Shown here piece by piece: positions 18,896 through 27,773 of a DNA stretch of 64,000 nucleotides (its first letter is position 1; every line of letters begins with the position of its first letter). The translations under genes were made by a program, and so were the position numbers. The notes under the pieces are model-generated. The model did not search any database and was not told the DNA's origin. It saw nothing but the letters and a program-made list of their open reading frames with translations. This stretch comes from Cytophagaceae bacterium (GTDB lineage: Bacteria > Bacteroidota > Bacteroidia > Cytophagales > Spirosomataceae), in NCBI GenBank assembly GCA_027486845.1, contig JAIXOL010000078.1, positions 131,047 through 195,046 on the forward strand, given 5' to 3'.

Positions 18896-21800
18896 TTATT
18901 TTTCTTCTTTACGTTCATCAATATCATTTTCTGGTTCATTATCGAATGTTTCAAAGATTTCTGGAAATTTTATCTTCAACCAACGATATTGTTTAGAATT
19001 TAGGAAAATGAATCTTGGCCCGATAGATTCTTCAATATCTTCTTCGGAATATATTTGATAAAACATTCCATCAGCTACATTATTTTCGTTAACTGCCCGA
19101 TTTACTAAATCAATGAGCTTGGCTGCATCAAAATCAAATAATTCATAAGTAAGTTTTTCTTGTTTGTTTTTGGGTTTTGCTAAGGCCTTTAAGAATTGTT
19201 TTTCTTGATAATTTTTCCCGTTTGGCATCGTAAAACTATAAGTAAAAGAGCGATCAGAATAATTACTTTTCTTTAAAGTTTTTGCAAAATTATCTGTCAA
19301 ATGAGTAGGGTTAAATTGATTCCGAGAGATTTTGGTCAAAGAATCAATAAGCGATTTATAAATATCTTTATAAGAATCAACATTCCAGATATTGCATTGT
19401 ATAGTTATATTATTGAGGTTTTCGAGGATAGAAAGACCATTAATTGAAAATTTACGCAGGTTTACAATGAAGTCCTCTTTTTGTTGGTTCGACATTTTTT
19501 CAATTAATCCAATTTGTGTTAGTTCATCGAGTAATGTTCCTAAACTATCTCTACTATTTTTTGTGCCATACATAGTAAAATCGATAGCGTTATTGGGCAA
19601 TGTTTCTTCTACTATATTTGCTTGTGTACTATCAAATAGCACATAAGAAAGTTTCGGACTGCGATAATCACAAACAATTACTAAGCGATAGGGCGAGGCT
19701 ATATCTGTCAGATAATCGTTTACGATTTTAAATTGATTTTCTCCGATTGATGGAAAATAAGTAGAATTCTCTTTTTTTAGCGAATCCAAATTACGCCTGA
19801 TGGTATTTTTTAAAGAAACGTATAAAGTTTGCTGATAGCTTTTTCCATCGATAAGAGCTGAAATATTTTGTTTTTCAAAATCTGTTTCGATGTTATCGGC
19901 GTTGTCACGTAAATATTGGATTTCACTAATTTTGGCTTTAGGCAAAAGTGTTGCATTGAGCTTCTGTAAAATATAAGTATAGAGTTCGGTATTAGATTTT
20001 TCTGCAAGTTCATTCAAATCAATCACAACCACTTGTTTACTTTTAATTAAAATATCAGATGGTTCTTTAGCGGTTTTTAAGTCTTTTATAGGGCCTTCGG
20101 CCAACATTTTTTCTCTTTTGAGAGCTTTTGCAAAATTTTCGACATTGAAATTAGCTACTTGTTGTTTATAATCTCCATAAATGATTGGTTTTTCGGGGTC
20201 ATTTAATATTTCGTTATATTTTTCCTCAATATACTCGGATTGTTTTTTTGTTAAGAAAATGTAATTTTCAGTTCCTCCATAATTGTAAGCTCTGCGAGCA
20301 TTGATTTTGTAAAATTTGCCATCAATTTGGTTGTCTTCCAACGCACGATTGATTTCTTCGAGCCATTCTTGGGTATTAAAGAAAATTGTACTAAAGTTTA
20401 ATAAAAACTTTTCTCTGTCATTTCCGTCACTTTCATCCGCCTGGGCAATTTTATTTTTTGATTCATATTTTTTGCCATTTAATTTAAAACTTACTACCAA
20501 TTCCCGTTCTTTTTTAGGACTTTTCTTAAGTTCAGTTTCAAAATTATCGCTTATTTTTCCTACTTTAAATACACCTCTAGAAATTTTCTCTAAGCCAGTA
20601 ATGAAGTTTTTAAACATCAGTATTTGTTCATTTTCTTTTAAGGGAATTGGATTTACTTCGGCAATTATTTCTGGAAATTGGCTTAATAAATTTCGTTTAA
20701 TATTACTTTCTTTTTTTTGTTCAAAACGCATCTCAACAATGGAGTTTTCAATACTCGTACCATCCGAGCTAGGAATAAGCCCAATCGTTTGAAACTCTTT
20801 AATAAGCGTATATAGACTATCTCGACTTTTGTTGCTCGTGAAATCTGTTTCTGTTTCAAAAAGTCCTCCAAAAATAGAATTTATCTTATTTTTATCATCA
20901 AATAAAACATTCTGAACACTATCTACCAAAAGCAAAGCTTTGCGACCATCTCTTACTGCTAAAAATGGATTGTAATCATTTCCAACCACAATGACTCTTT
21001 TTGTAGAATGTTGGTCTGTCAGAAAATCATTGATAGATTGAAAATCTTTACTAATAAAACCTGTCAAAAACGAAAATGCCGTTGCATAGGCTTGAATGAT
21101 TGAAGAGTCAATATCTAAATCGGGAGGTAGATGGTTTTTAATTGTTTTTATAAACGAAAAATCTGTATCAGCTTTCTGAGTATAGGTTTTACTATTGACT
21201 TGGTAGCTCATCTTAAACTTAGGTTGGCTTCCAGTAAAAGGATTTTTGATTGGAATATTTGAAATATTTGGATGAAAACTTTCTTCTTTTTTACTGAGTT
21301 CACTTATTTGAATATCTCTAAAATCAAAATTCGGAATAAGTTTTTGTTTTATTTCTTTCCAATAAGCCTCATAAATTTCACTTCGAGTCAATTTTTTTTG
21401 TTCAGCAGGAATCAGTATAACATTTTTGCAATAAGACAAAATCTCTACTTTACTTTTAAGTTCATAGTCTTTATATGAATTCTTGATGTAATTGGCATTA
21501 TTTATCGATAACATATTTTTGTGTTGTAAACTATCGATTAACGAAAATTGCGATGCTTTCAATGAGGTATAATTATCGTAAAAATAAGTTTGTCGGGCAG
21601 CATAAACAAAAAAGCCGAAATCTTTGATGAGTTTAATTTGGTCTTTTTTTAGCCAAACAAGCAGTTCATTATAAACTTTTTCGTCGATAAGATTTATTGC
21701 TTTGAGTTTATCAGCTAATTCTCTGTATTTTTCTTTAGATGGTCTGAGGTTTTGTTCGATTACCAAAAATGTCAGCGGATTATCGAGTTTTATGTCTCCT

Positions 21801-22189
21801 TCTATTTCTGTTTTGAACAGCATATTTTCACCCAACATTTTTTCGGATAATTCACGTAAACGAACAAGTTCGTCGGCGGCTGAGCCAATATTTCGCATTA
21901 GTTCAAATACACCAAGAAAGCCTAAAATGGCAGTTCGAGATTTGATTAGCGAGTCCGGCACTTGGTTTTTTGTAAATTGACTTATTGCACGAACACTAGC
22001 AAAACGTTGTTGAAAAGTTTTGTCTTCTTTATTTATAATCTTCAAATAAGTGTCTTTACCAAATTCAGTTATGATTTCTTCTTTTTGGAGTGCTTCGAGG
22101 TAGCCTTCAATTTGTTTATCAGTAAGTTTTTGGGCAAACGTAGGTGTAAAAGTAAGTATAAATAAAAGTAGTGAAAATATGTTTTTCAT
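18896..22189 (-). CDS. Large secreted hypothetical protein with internal duplication
   Basis: 1097-aa ORF with the signal peptide MKNIFSLLLFILTFTPTFAQ. Long-range self-similarity is visible, e.g. NKSRDSLYTLIKEFQTIGLI...ISRGVFKVGKISDNFETELKK...FKLNGKKYESK versus KNSRDSLGTLLDELTQIGLI...ISRNQFNPTHLTDNFAKTLKK...FTMPNGKNYQEK. I recognise no known domain. Confidence 0.7.
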   Translation of the reverse strand: MKNIFSLLLFILTFTPTFAQKLTDKQIEGYLEALQKEEIITEFGKDTYLKIINKEDKTFQQRFASVRAISQFTKNQVPDSLIKSRTAILGFLGVFELMRNIGSAADELVRLRELSEKMLGENMLFKTEIEGDIKLDNPLTFLVIEQNLRPSKEKYRELADKLKAINLIDEKVYNELLVWLKKDQIKLIKDFGFFVYAARQTYFYDNYTSLKASQFSLIDSLQHKNMLSINNANYIKNSYKDYELKSKVEILSYCKNVILIPAEQKKLTRSEIYEAYWKEIKQKLIPNFDFRDIQISELSKKEESFHPNISNIPIKNPFTGSQPKFKMSYQVNSKTYTQKADTDFSFIKTIKNHLPPDLDIDSSIIQAYATAFSFLTGFISKDFQSINDFLTDQHSTKRVIVVGNDYNPFLAVRDGRKALLLVDSVQNVLFDDKNKINSIFGGLFETETDFTSNKSRDSLYTLIKEFQTIGLIPSSDGTSIENSIVEMRFEQKKESNIKRNLLSQFPEIIAEVNPIPLKENEQILMFKNFITGLEKISRGVFKVGKISDNFETELKKSPKKERELVVSFKLNGKKYESKNKIAQADESDGNDREKFLLNFSTIFFNTQEWLEEINRALEDNQIDGKFYKINARRAYNYGGTENYIFLTKKQSEYIEEKYNEILNDPEKPIIYGDYKQQVANFNVENFAKALKREKMLAEGPIKDLKTAKEPSDILIKSKQVVVIDLNELAEKSNTELYTYILQKLNATLLPKAKISEIQYLRDNADNIETDFEKQNISALIDGKSYQQTLYVSLKNTIRRNLDSLKKENSTYFPSIGENQFKIVNDYLTDIASPYRLVIVCDYRSPKLSYVLFDSTQANIVEETLPNNAIDFTMYGTKNSRDSLGTLLDELTQIGLIEKMSNQQKEDFIVNLRKFSINGLSILENLNNITIQCNIWNVDSYKDIYKSLIDSLTKISRNQFNPTHLTDNFAKTLKKSNYSDRSFTYSFTMPNGKNYQEKQFLKALAKPKNKQEKLTYELFDFDAAKLIDLVNRAVNENNVADGMFYQIYSEEDIEESIGPRFIFLNSKQYRWLKIKFPEIFETFDNEPENDIDERKEEK

Positions 22190-22373
22190 TAGTCGATAAG
22201 TCTTTTTTCTTCAAAAATAGATTAGATTTAAGAAATAACCTAAATTTTGAAAATACAAAGATAAACGTAACAAATTAATGCGATTTTTAAAGGCCATAGT
22301 TTTAATTTTATAAACTTTTTGAAAGATTTTTTGACAATATCATTAAATGTTTTTGCTGATAACCGAATAATAT

Positions 22374-22405
22374 TTTGTCATTGACATTCGATTAAGCTAA
22401 TTTTG
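22374..22405 (+). promoter_or_regulatory. Putative promoter of hisG (-33 TTTG / -7 TAATTTTG)
   Basis: TTTG at 22374-22377 and TAATTTTG at 22398-22405 are separated by 20 nt, about 30 nt upstream of the ATG at 22436. Confidence 0.3.
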
Positions 22406-22435
22406 TGTTTTGACCAAAGAAATTTTTCAATTAAA

Positions 22436-23305
22436 ATGCTAAATACAGATTCAATATTGAGAATTGCCCTTCAAAAATCGGGTAGATTAAGCGAGGATTC
22501 GTTTAGATTGTTTAAAGAGTGTGGAATTAAGTTTGAAAGCGGTACAGGAAAACTCAAAACATCCTCATCAAATTTCCCTGCGGAGTTTCTTTTTTTAAGA
22601 GATGATGATATTGCAGGCTATGTGGAAGATGGTGTAGCAGATATTGGAATCGTTGGGGAAAATGTATTTATTGAATCAAACCGAAAGGCCGAAATTACTT
22701 ATCGTTTAGGTTTTTCAAAATGCCGACTATCAATTGCCGTTCCTCGTGGTGTAGAATACAATAGTATCAAAGATTTTCAAGGAAAAAGCATTGCAACATC
22801 TTACCCTCGAATTTTGGGAAATTATCTGGAGGAGCAAGGTGTAAAAGCTGAAATTCACGAAATAAGTGGTTCGGTTGAAATTGCACCAAGCATTGGTTTA
22901 GCTGAAGGTGTTTGCGATATTGTAAGTTCGGGAAGTACGCTTTTGAGCAATGGTTTAAAAGAAGTTGAGACAATTTTTCGTTCGGAAGCAATTTTGATTT
23001 CAAATAAAAAATTATCAAAAGAGAAACACGAGACACTCAACAAATTGTTGTTCAGAGTAAAAGCTGTTCAAACGGCTCAAAATTATAAATATATTTTATT
23101 AAACGCTCCAAATGATAAACTCCAAGAGATCATTAATATGATTCCGGGGATGAAAAGCCCAACCATCGTGCCATTGGCAATGGAAGGTTGGAGTTCGATT
23201 CATTCTGTATTGGAAGAAAATCAGTTTTGGGAAAATATCGAAGCGATTCGTTCGGCAGGGGCAGAGGGTATTCTAGTGATTCCAATTGAAAAAATGATTT
23301 ATTGA
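22436..23305 (+). CDS. hisG: ATP phosphoribosyltransferase (long form)
   Basis: The start is taken at MLNTDSILRIALQKSGRL. It has typical HisG blocks (FLRDDDIAGYVEDGVADIGIVGEN, DIVSSGSTLLSNGL) and a C-terminal regulatory domain. Confidence 0.9.
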   Translation: MLNTDSILRIALQKSGRLSEDSFRLFKECGIKFESGTGKLKTSSSNFPAEFLFLRDDDIAGYVEDGVADIGIVGENVFIESNRKAEITYRLGFSKCRLSIAVPRGVEYNSIKDFQGKSIATSYPRILGNYLEEQGVKAEIHEISGSVEIAPSIGLAEGVCDIVSSGSTLLSNGLKEVETIFRSEAILISNKKLSKEKHETLNKLLFRVKAVQTAQNYKYILLNAPNDKLQEIINMIPGMKSPTIVPLAMEGWSSIHSVLEENQFWENIEAIRSAGAEGILVIPIEKMIY

Positions 23306-23400
23306 ACATCTATTCGCTAAACGGGAATTGGTTAAACTAAACCAAAAATGATTTGCGAAAATTTAGACATTTAATTGCCTCATTATTAGTATTTTATGCC

Positions 23401-23450
23401 GAGCGACGATTGCCTCTGAACCTTTGGTACTCTGTGCCTTTTGAGTATAA
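23401..23450 (+). repeat. Degenerate GC-richer fragment related to the dispersed repeat tail
   Basis: GAGCGACGATTGCCTCTGAACCTTTGGTACTCTGTGCC. It shares CGAC..ATTG.C and CCTTTGGTA with 26925-26945 and with the tail consensus. Confidence 0.3.
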
Positions 23451-23471
23451 AACAAATGATTCAAAATTGAA

Positions 23472-24050
23472 ATGATAACAAGCATTGAACAATTAGACCT
23501 TACAAAGGCTTATACTTTTAAGGATTATCTTTCTTGGAAATTTCAAGAAAGAGTTGAATTGTTGCGTGGTTATATTGCCAAAATGTCACCCGCACCGACG
23601 AGTACACATCAAGAAATTAGTAGCAATTTGCACGGAAGTTTATGGCATTTTCTTCAAAAAAAGCCTTGCAAGGTAATGGCTGCTCCATTCGATGTATATT
23701 TGCCATCAATTAAAGGAGAAGGAGAAACTGTTGTTCAGCCTGATTTGTGTGTAATTTGCGATACTACTAAAATTAAAAAACAAGGTTGTGTTGGAGCTCC
23801 TGACTTAGTTATTGAAATTTTGTCACTTGGAAATTCTAGAAGAGAAATGAGTCAAAAATTTCAAATTTATGAACAAGCGGGTGTGAAAGAATATTGGGTT
23901 GTTTATCCTTACGAACAAGTTGTTCATCAATACATATTAGAAGGAGATAAATTTCAAGCATTACCAATTGCTGAAAAAACGATTAATAGCCAAGTTTTAC
24001 AAGGTTTTGAAGTAGATATGGATACGATTTTTGATACAATCATAGAGTAA
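23472..24050 (+). CDS. Uma2 family (DUF820) PD-(D/E)xK-type endonuclease-like protein
   Basis: 192-aa ORF with blocks characteristic of Uma2 proteins (VVQPDLCVICD, APDLVIEILSLGNSRREMSQKFQIYEQAGVKEYWVV). Confidence 0.8.
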   Translation: MITSIEQLDLTKAYTFKDYLSWKFQERVELLRGYIAKMSPAPTSTHQEISSNLHGSLWHFLQKKPCKVMAAPFDVYLPSIKGEGETVVQPDLCVICDTTKIKKQGCVGAPDLVIEILSLGNSRREMSQKFQIYEQAGVKEYWVVYPYEQVVHQYILEGDKFQALPIAEKTINSQVLQGFEVDMDTIFDTIIE

Positions 24051-24071
24051 AGAATTTTTAGAAAAAAATAA

Positions 24072-25343
24072 ATGAATATTATATCATTTCCACAACGCTC
24101 TGAATGGAAGCAGTTACTTGCTCGACCTGTACAAGAAATGGCCGAAATTGAGCAGAAGGTTTTGCCCATTTTACAAAAAGTAAAACTTGAAGGCGATGCC
24201 GCTCTCAAAGAGTTTGCTTTGAAATTTGATAAAATCGAACTTAATGATTTTCAAGTTTCTGAAGAAGAAATAAATGCAGCCGAAAGTCAGCTTTCAGAAG
24301 AATTGAAGGAGGCGATTTTACAAGCATACAAAAATATTTATACTTTCCACGAAGCTCAAAAGCAATCTCCCGAAGTTATTGAAACAATGGCAGGTGTAAG
24401 ATGTTGGAGAAAAAGTGTAGGTATTCAGAAGGTAGGATTCTATATCCCAGGTGGAACTGCTCCACTTTTTTCAACAGTTTTGATGTTGGGAATTCCTGCC
24501 CAAATTGCTGAATGTCAAGAACGAATTTTATGTTCACCGAGCAATCATCCAGCGATTTACTATGCGGCAAAATTAGTTGGAATTACCAAGGTTTTCAGAA
24601 TAGGAGGAGCTCAAGCCATTGCCGCAATGGCTTATGGAACTGAAACGATTCCACAGGTTTATAAGATATTTGGACCGGGCAATCAATATGTTACAGCCGC
24701 CAAACAATTATTGAGCAAAGAAGGCGTCGCGATTGATATGCCAGCAGGGCCGTCAGAAGTAGCAGTTATGGCGGATGATTCAGCTGTGCCATCCTTCGTT
24801 GCCTCTGATTTACTTTCACAAGCCGAACACGGTGCTGATAGCCAGGTTTTGTTGGTTTCTACGAGTAAAAAATTCGTTTCAGCAGTAAATTTAGCTGTTT
24901 CTGGCCAATTGAATCGTTTACCAAGAAAAGACTTAGCCACTAAAGCAATCGAAAACTCTAAGATTATTTTACTCGAAAATCAAGAAGATTGTATAGATAT
25001 GTTGAATGAATATGCTCCTGAGCATCTAATTTTGGCAGTTGAAAATTACAATGAAGTTGGCGAAAAAATAATAAATGCGGGTTCAATATTTTTAGGAAAT
25101 TATACACCTGAATCTTGTGGAGACTACGCTTCAGGTACAAACCATACATTACCAACCAACGGTTACGCTCGTGCATACAGTGGAGTATCGCTTGATAGTT
25201 TTGTCAAGAAAATCACTTTCCAAGAAATTTCCAAGGAAGGAATTCTGAATATCGGTCCTACAGTAGAGTTAATGGCTGAAGCTGAATCATTAGAAGCACA
25301 TAAACGAGCCGTGACTTTGAGAATGGAAAGTTTATTGAGTTGA
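24072..25343 (+). CDS. hisD: Histidinol dehydrogenase
   Basis: 423-aa ORF with conserved HisD blocks (GGAQAIAAMAYGTE, GPGNQYVTAAK, DLLSQAEHG, APEHL, GDYASGTNHTLPT). Confidence 0.95.
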   Translation: MNIISFPQRSEWKQLLARPVQEMAEIEQKVLPILQKVKLEGDAALKEFALKFDKIELNDFQVSEEEINAAESQLSEELKEAILQAYKNIYTFHEAQKQSPEVIETMAGVRCWRKSVGIQKVGFYIPGGTAPLFSTVLMLGIPAQIAECQERILCSPSNHPAIYYAAKLVGITKVFRIGGAQAIAAMAYGTETIPQVYKIFGPGNQYVTAAKQLLSKEGVAIDMPAGPSEVAVMADDSAVPSFVASDLLSQAEHGADSQVLLVSTSKKFVSAVNLAVSGQLNRLPRKDLATKAIENSKIILLENQEDCIDMLNEYAPEHLILAVENYNEVGEKIINAGSIFLGNYTPESCGDYASGTNHTLPTNGYARAYSGVSLDSFVKKITFQEISKEGILNIGPTVELMAEAESLEAHKRAVTLRMESLLS

Positions 25344-25350
25344 GTTAATC

Positions 25351-25383
25351 ACCGAAGGCTTCGCTTTAAGCGAAGCCTTCGGT
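25351..25383. terminator. Strong hairpin between convergent hisD and galM
   Basis: ACCGAAGGCTTCGC-TTTA-AGCGAAGCCTTCGGT, a 14-bp stem with a weak U-tract. Confidence 0.55.
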
Positions 25384-25397
25384 AAATCTTGGTTGAT

Positions 25398-26558
25398 TTA
25401 TTTTGCCGAAAACTTATAGACTGTTGTTGTTTGATATGTTTCGTTAGGTCTTAAAACCGTTGTTGGGAATTTTGCTTCATTTGGCGAATTTGGAAAATGT
25501 TGTGTTTCTAAACAAAATCCTGTACGAAATTTATAATTAACACCTTTTCCTGCGGGCATTCCATCTAAGAAATTTCCTGTGTAAAACTGTACTGCCGGTT
25601 CAGTTGTCAATACTTCCATTACACGCCCCGAATTTGGTTCGTAAACACTGGCAATCGTTTTCAAAGTTTTGCTCGAATCTGTTGCTACCCAACAATGGTC
25701 ATAGCCCTTGCCATACTTAATTTGAAGATCTTTTGCATCGTTGATTCTTGCACCAATTTTAAATGATTTTGTGAAATCAAACGGTGTACCTGCCACAGCT
25801 TTCAATTCGCCTGTTGGAATTAGCGTTTCATCAACTGGTAAAAAATTATTTGCGTTGAGGGTTACTTCGTGATCAAGGATTTCTTTGCTAAAATCGCCCG
25901 AAAGATTGAAGTATGCGTGATTTGTCAAGTTAATAACCGTTGGCTTATCGGTATTTGCCTTATAATCAATCTTTAATGAATTATCTTTTTGTAAAGTATA
26001 AATCACCTCAACGTCCAGTTTTCCAGGGTAGCCTTCTTCGCCGTCAGGAGAGGTATACGTAAGTTTTAGTTGAGGCTCTTCACCATCAATTGGCGTTGCT
26101 GTCCAAATAACTTTATCAAACCCTTTTTTCCCGCCATGCAGAGAGTTAACACCATTATTTTGAGCCAAGGTATATGGTTTTCCATCAAGCATAAATTTGC
26201 CCTTTGCGATTCTATTTCCATATCGACCAACCAATGCACCAAAAAATGGCGAACTTTTAAGATAGCCACCCAAAGAATCACAACCTAATGTAACATCAGC
26301 ATATTTTCCATTTTTATCTGGAGCTGACCAATAAGTGATAATTCCACCATAATTAGTGATTTTTACAACCATTCCAGCACTATTTTTTAATGTATAAAGG
26401 TCTGCCGCTTCACCATTTGGGAGTTTACCATAGCCTATTTTTTCAATTTTATTTACTGTTGCTGTCGAATCAACTGAAGTAGATTCTTCTTTTTTTGACG
26501 TACAATTTTGGAATAAAAATGCACTACACAGTAGCAAACCAAGAACTTTAGATTTCAT
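25398..26558 (-). CDS. galM: Aldose 1-epimerase (galactose mutarotase), lipoprotein form
   Basis: 386-aa ORF with a lipobox-like signal (LLCSAFLFQNC). It has mutarotase blocks (GRYGNRIAKGKF, NSLHGG, NLTNHAYFNL, GYDHCW, CLETQHFPNSPN). Confidence 0.9.
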   Translation of the reverse strand: MKSKVLGLLLCSAFLFQNCTSKKEESTSVDSTATVNKIEKIGYGKLPNGEAADLYTLKNSAGMVVKITNYGGIITYWSAPDKNGKYADVTLGCDSLGGYLKSSPFFGALVGRYGNRIAKGKFMLDGKPYTLAQNNGVNSLHGGKKGFDKVIWTATPIDGEEPQLKLTYTSPDGEEGYPGKLDVEVIYTLQKDNSLKIDYKANTDKPTVINLTNHAYFNLSGDFSKEILDHEVTLNANNFLPVDETLIPTGELKAVAGTPFDFTKSFKIGARINDAKDLQIKYGKGYDHCWVATDSSKTLKTIASVYEPNSGRVMEVLTTEPAVQFYTGNFLDGMPAGKGVNYKFRTGFCLETQHFPNSPNEAKFPTTVLRPNETYQTTTVYKFSAK

Positions 26559-26885
26559 ATTTTAAGGAAGAGTTTAAGATTGAATAGTTATTTTATAATT
26601 ATGCTGTAAGTTAGCATTAATAGCCAATATTCTCCAAAGGTTTGACTGAGTTGTTATTGGAATTTGTAAACATACAGGTTTCAATAATGAGACTACTGGA
26701 TTATGTTTGCCTTTTTTGACATAAAAATCATCTACCAAAATATGTTGATTAAGTCCATATATATTTGATTCTTGAAAAAGTGTTTTATTTCTTTTAATGA
26801 AAATACGATTTTTTGTTTGAGGTAGGGCAAAGTAATAAGACAATATTATACAATAAATTGTAATGATGAAACTTATTGAATTGAG

Positions 26886-26960
26886 TATTTTATTGCAACG
26901 GTGAAACGTCTTTTGTCTCGAATTGCGGCGGCGGTTCGCCCTTTGGTATTTGATTACGAG
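26886..26960 (+). repeat. GC-richer repeat-family fragment
   Basis: ACGGTGAAACGTCTTTTGTCTCGAATTGCGGCGGCGGTTCGCCCTTTGGTATTTGATTACGAGCC. It shares CGGTGAA.CGTCT...TTTGTCTC with 11927-11952 and CCTTTGGTA with 23420-23430. Confidence 0.35.
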
Positions 26961-27116
26961 CCTTCCTTACTTTATAACAATCGCTGCGATTTGATTGTGA
27001 AGGTTTCCGAAAAGTAGGTGCAAGTGAAGATATTAACCCAATCCAAGAAATAAGTCAGAAGAAAAAGACTTTAATCTTATGAACCGTCCATAGATTCAAA
27101 ATAGGCTTAAAATAAA

Positions 27117-27150
27117 AATACAACTACTTGATAATCAAATAGTTGTATTT
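27117..27150 (-). terminator. Terminator hairpin downstream of ssrA
   Basis: TACAACTACTTGA-loop-TCAAATAGTTGTA (one mismatch). On the minus strand a T-run follows the hairpin. Confidence 0.55.
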
Positions 27151-27155
27151 TTTAG

Positions 27156-27529
27156 TGGAGACGCAGGGACTCGAACCCTGGTCCGAACTTGGCAATTGTC
27201 GAGCCTTCTACATGTTTATTCGGTCTTATTTATTCGAGAATAGGTCGGTGTCCGACATACCAAATCTATTCCTTAGAAACCTATATACTAATTACCAACA
27301 AGTTTCCCGCCAATAATCGCCTTTGCAGGTTCGGCACTCCGAGCTCCCCAGCGGCAAAGGTTGGCCGAGGCGGAATGTGGCGTATGGTTAATTTACTACG
27401 AAATTAAGCAGCCATGGCATACGAAGTATTGCCAGTTGTTTTTTGGAAGAATTTTTAACGGGAGAATCCTACCAACTCCCGACATGCTTTTACTCGCAAC
27501 CACTCACGCCGTCAAAACCGGTCGTCCCC
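27156..27529 (-). ncRNA. ssrA: tmRNA (transfer-messenger RNA)
   Basis: The minus strand starts GGGGACGACCGGTTTTGACGGCG and ends GGTTCGAGTCCCTGCGTCTCCA. This gives a tRNA-like acceptor stem (GGGGACG / CGTCTCC) and a T-arm. The internal tag ORF GGC AAT ACT TCG TAT GCC ATG GCT GCT TAA encodes GNTSYAMAA* (27404-27433). CCA is not encoded. A possible -7 box TACTTTTG (minus strand) lies at 27546-27553. Confidence 0.85.
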
Positions 27530-27773
27530 ATGGATTTTAATAATGCAAAAGTACACTTATTAGTTCAATTTTGCCAATTAAACTTTTTTGAAAAATTTGA
27601 ATGAGGCCGCAACCTTTTCAAATTAATTTCGTCTAAATAAGAAAAGGAATACAAAAATTTTCTTTTTGACAGTTTTTCATATCATTTACATACCCCAAAC
27701 TGAATTTATATTTTGATTAAAGTTTACGTTTTATTAAATTTTATTACCAAACACTCTTAAATCTAATCAAAGT

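Noticed and set aside
26574-26843. 89-aa ORF immediately upstream of galM on the same strand
   Set aside because: It has no recognisable motif, and its K/N/I-rich composition is typical of chance ORFs in AT-rich DNA. It cannot be excluded as a small real gene, but I cannot support it.
26559-27155. Genomic island integrated at the tmRNA 3' end
   Set aside because: I found no direct repeat of the ssrA 3' end on the downstream side. The only recombinase gene (35177) is 8 kb away on the 5' side of ssrA, with ordinary housekeeping genes in between.
27189-27407. 72-aa ORF on the plus strand
   Set aside because: It lies entirely inside the tmRNA gene on the opposite strand. It is an artefact of the GC-richer structured RNA.
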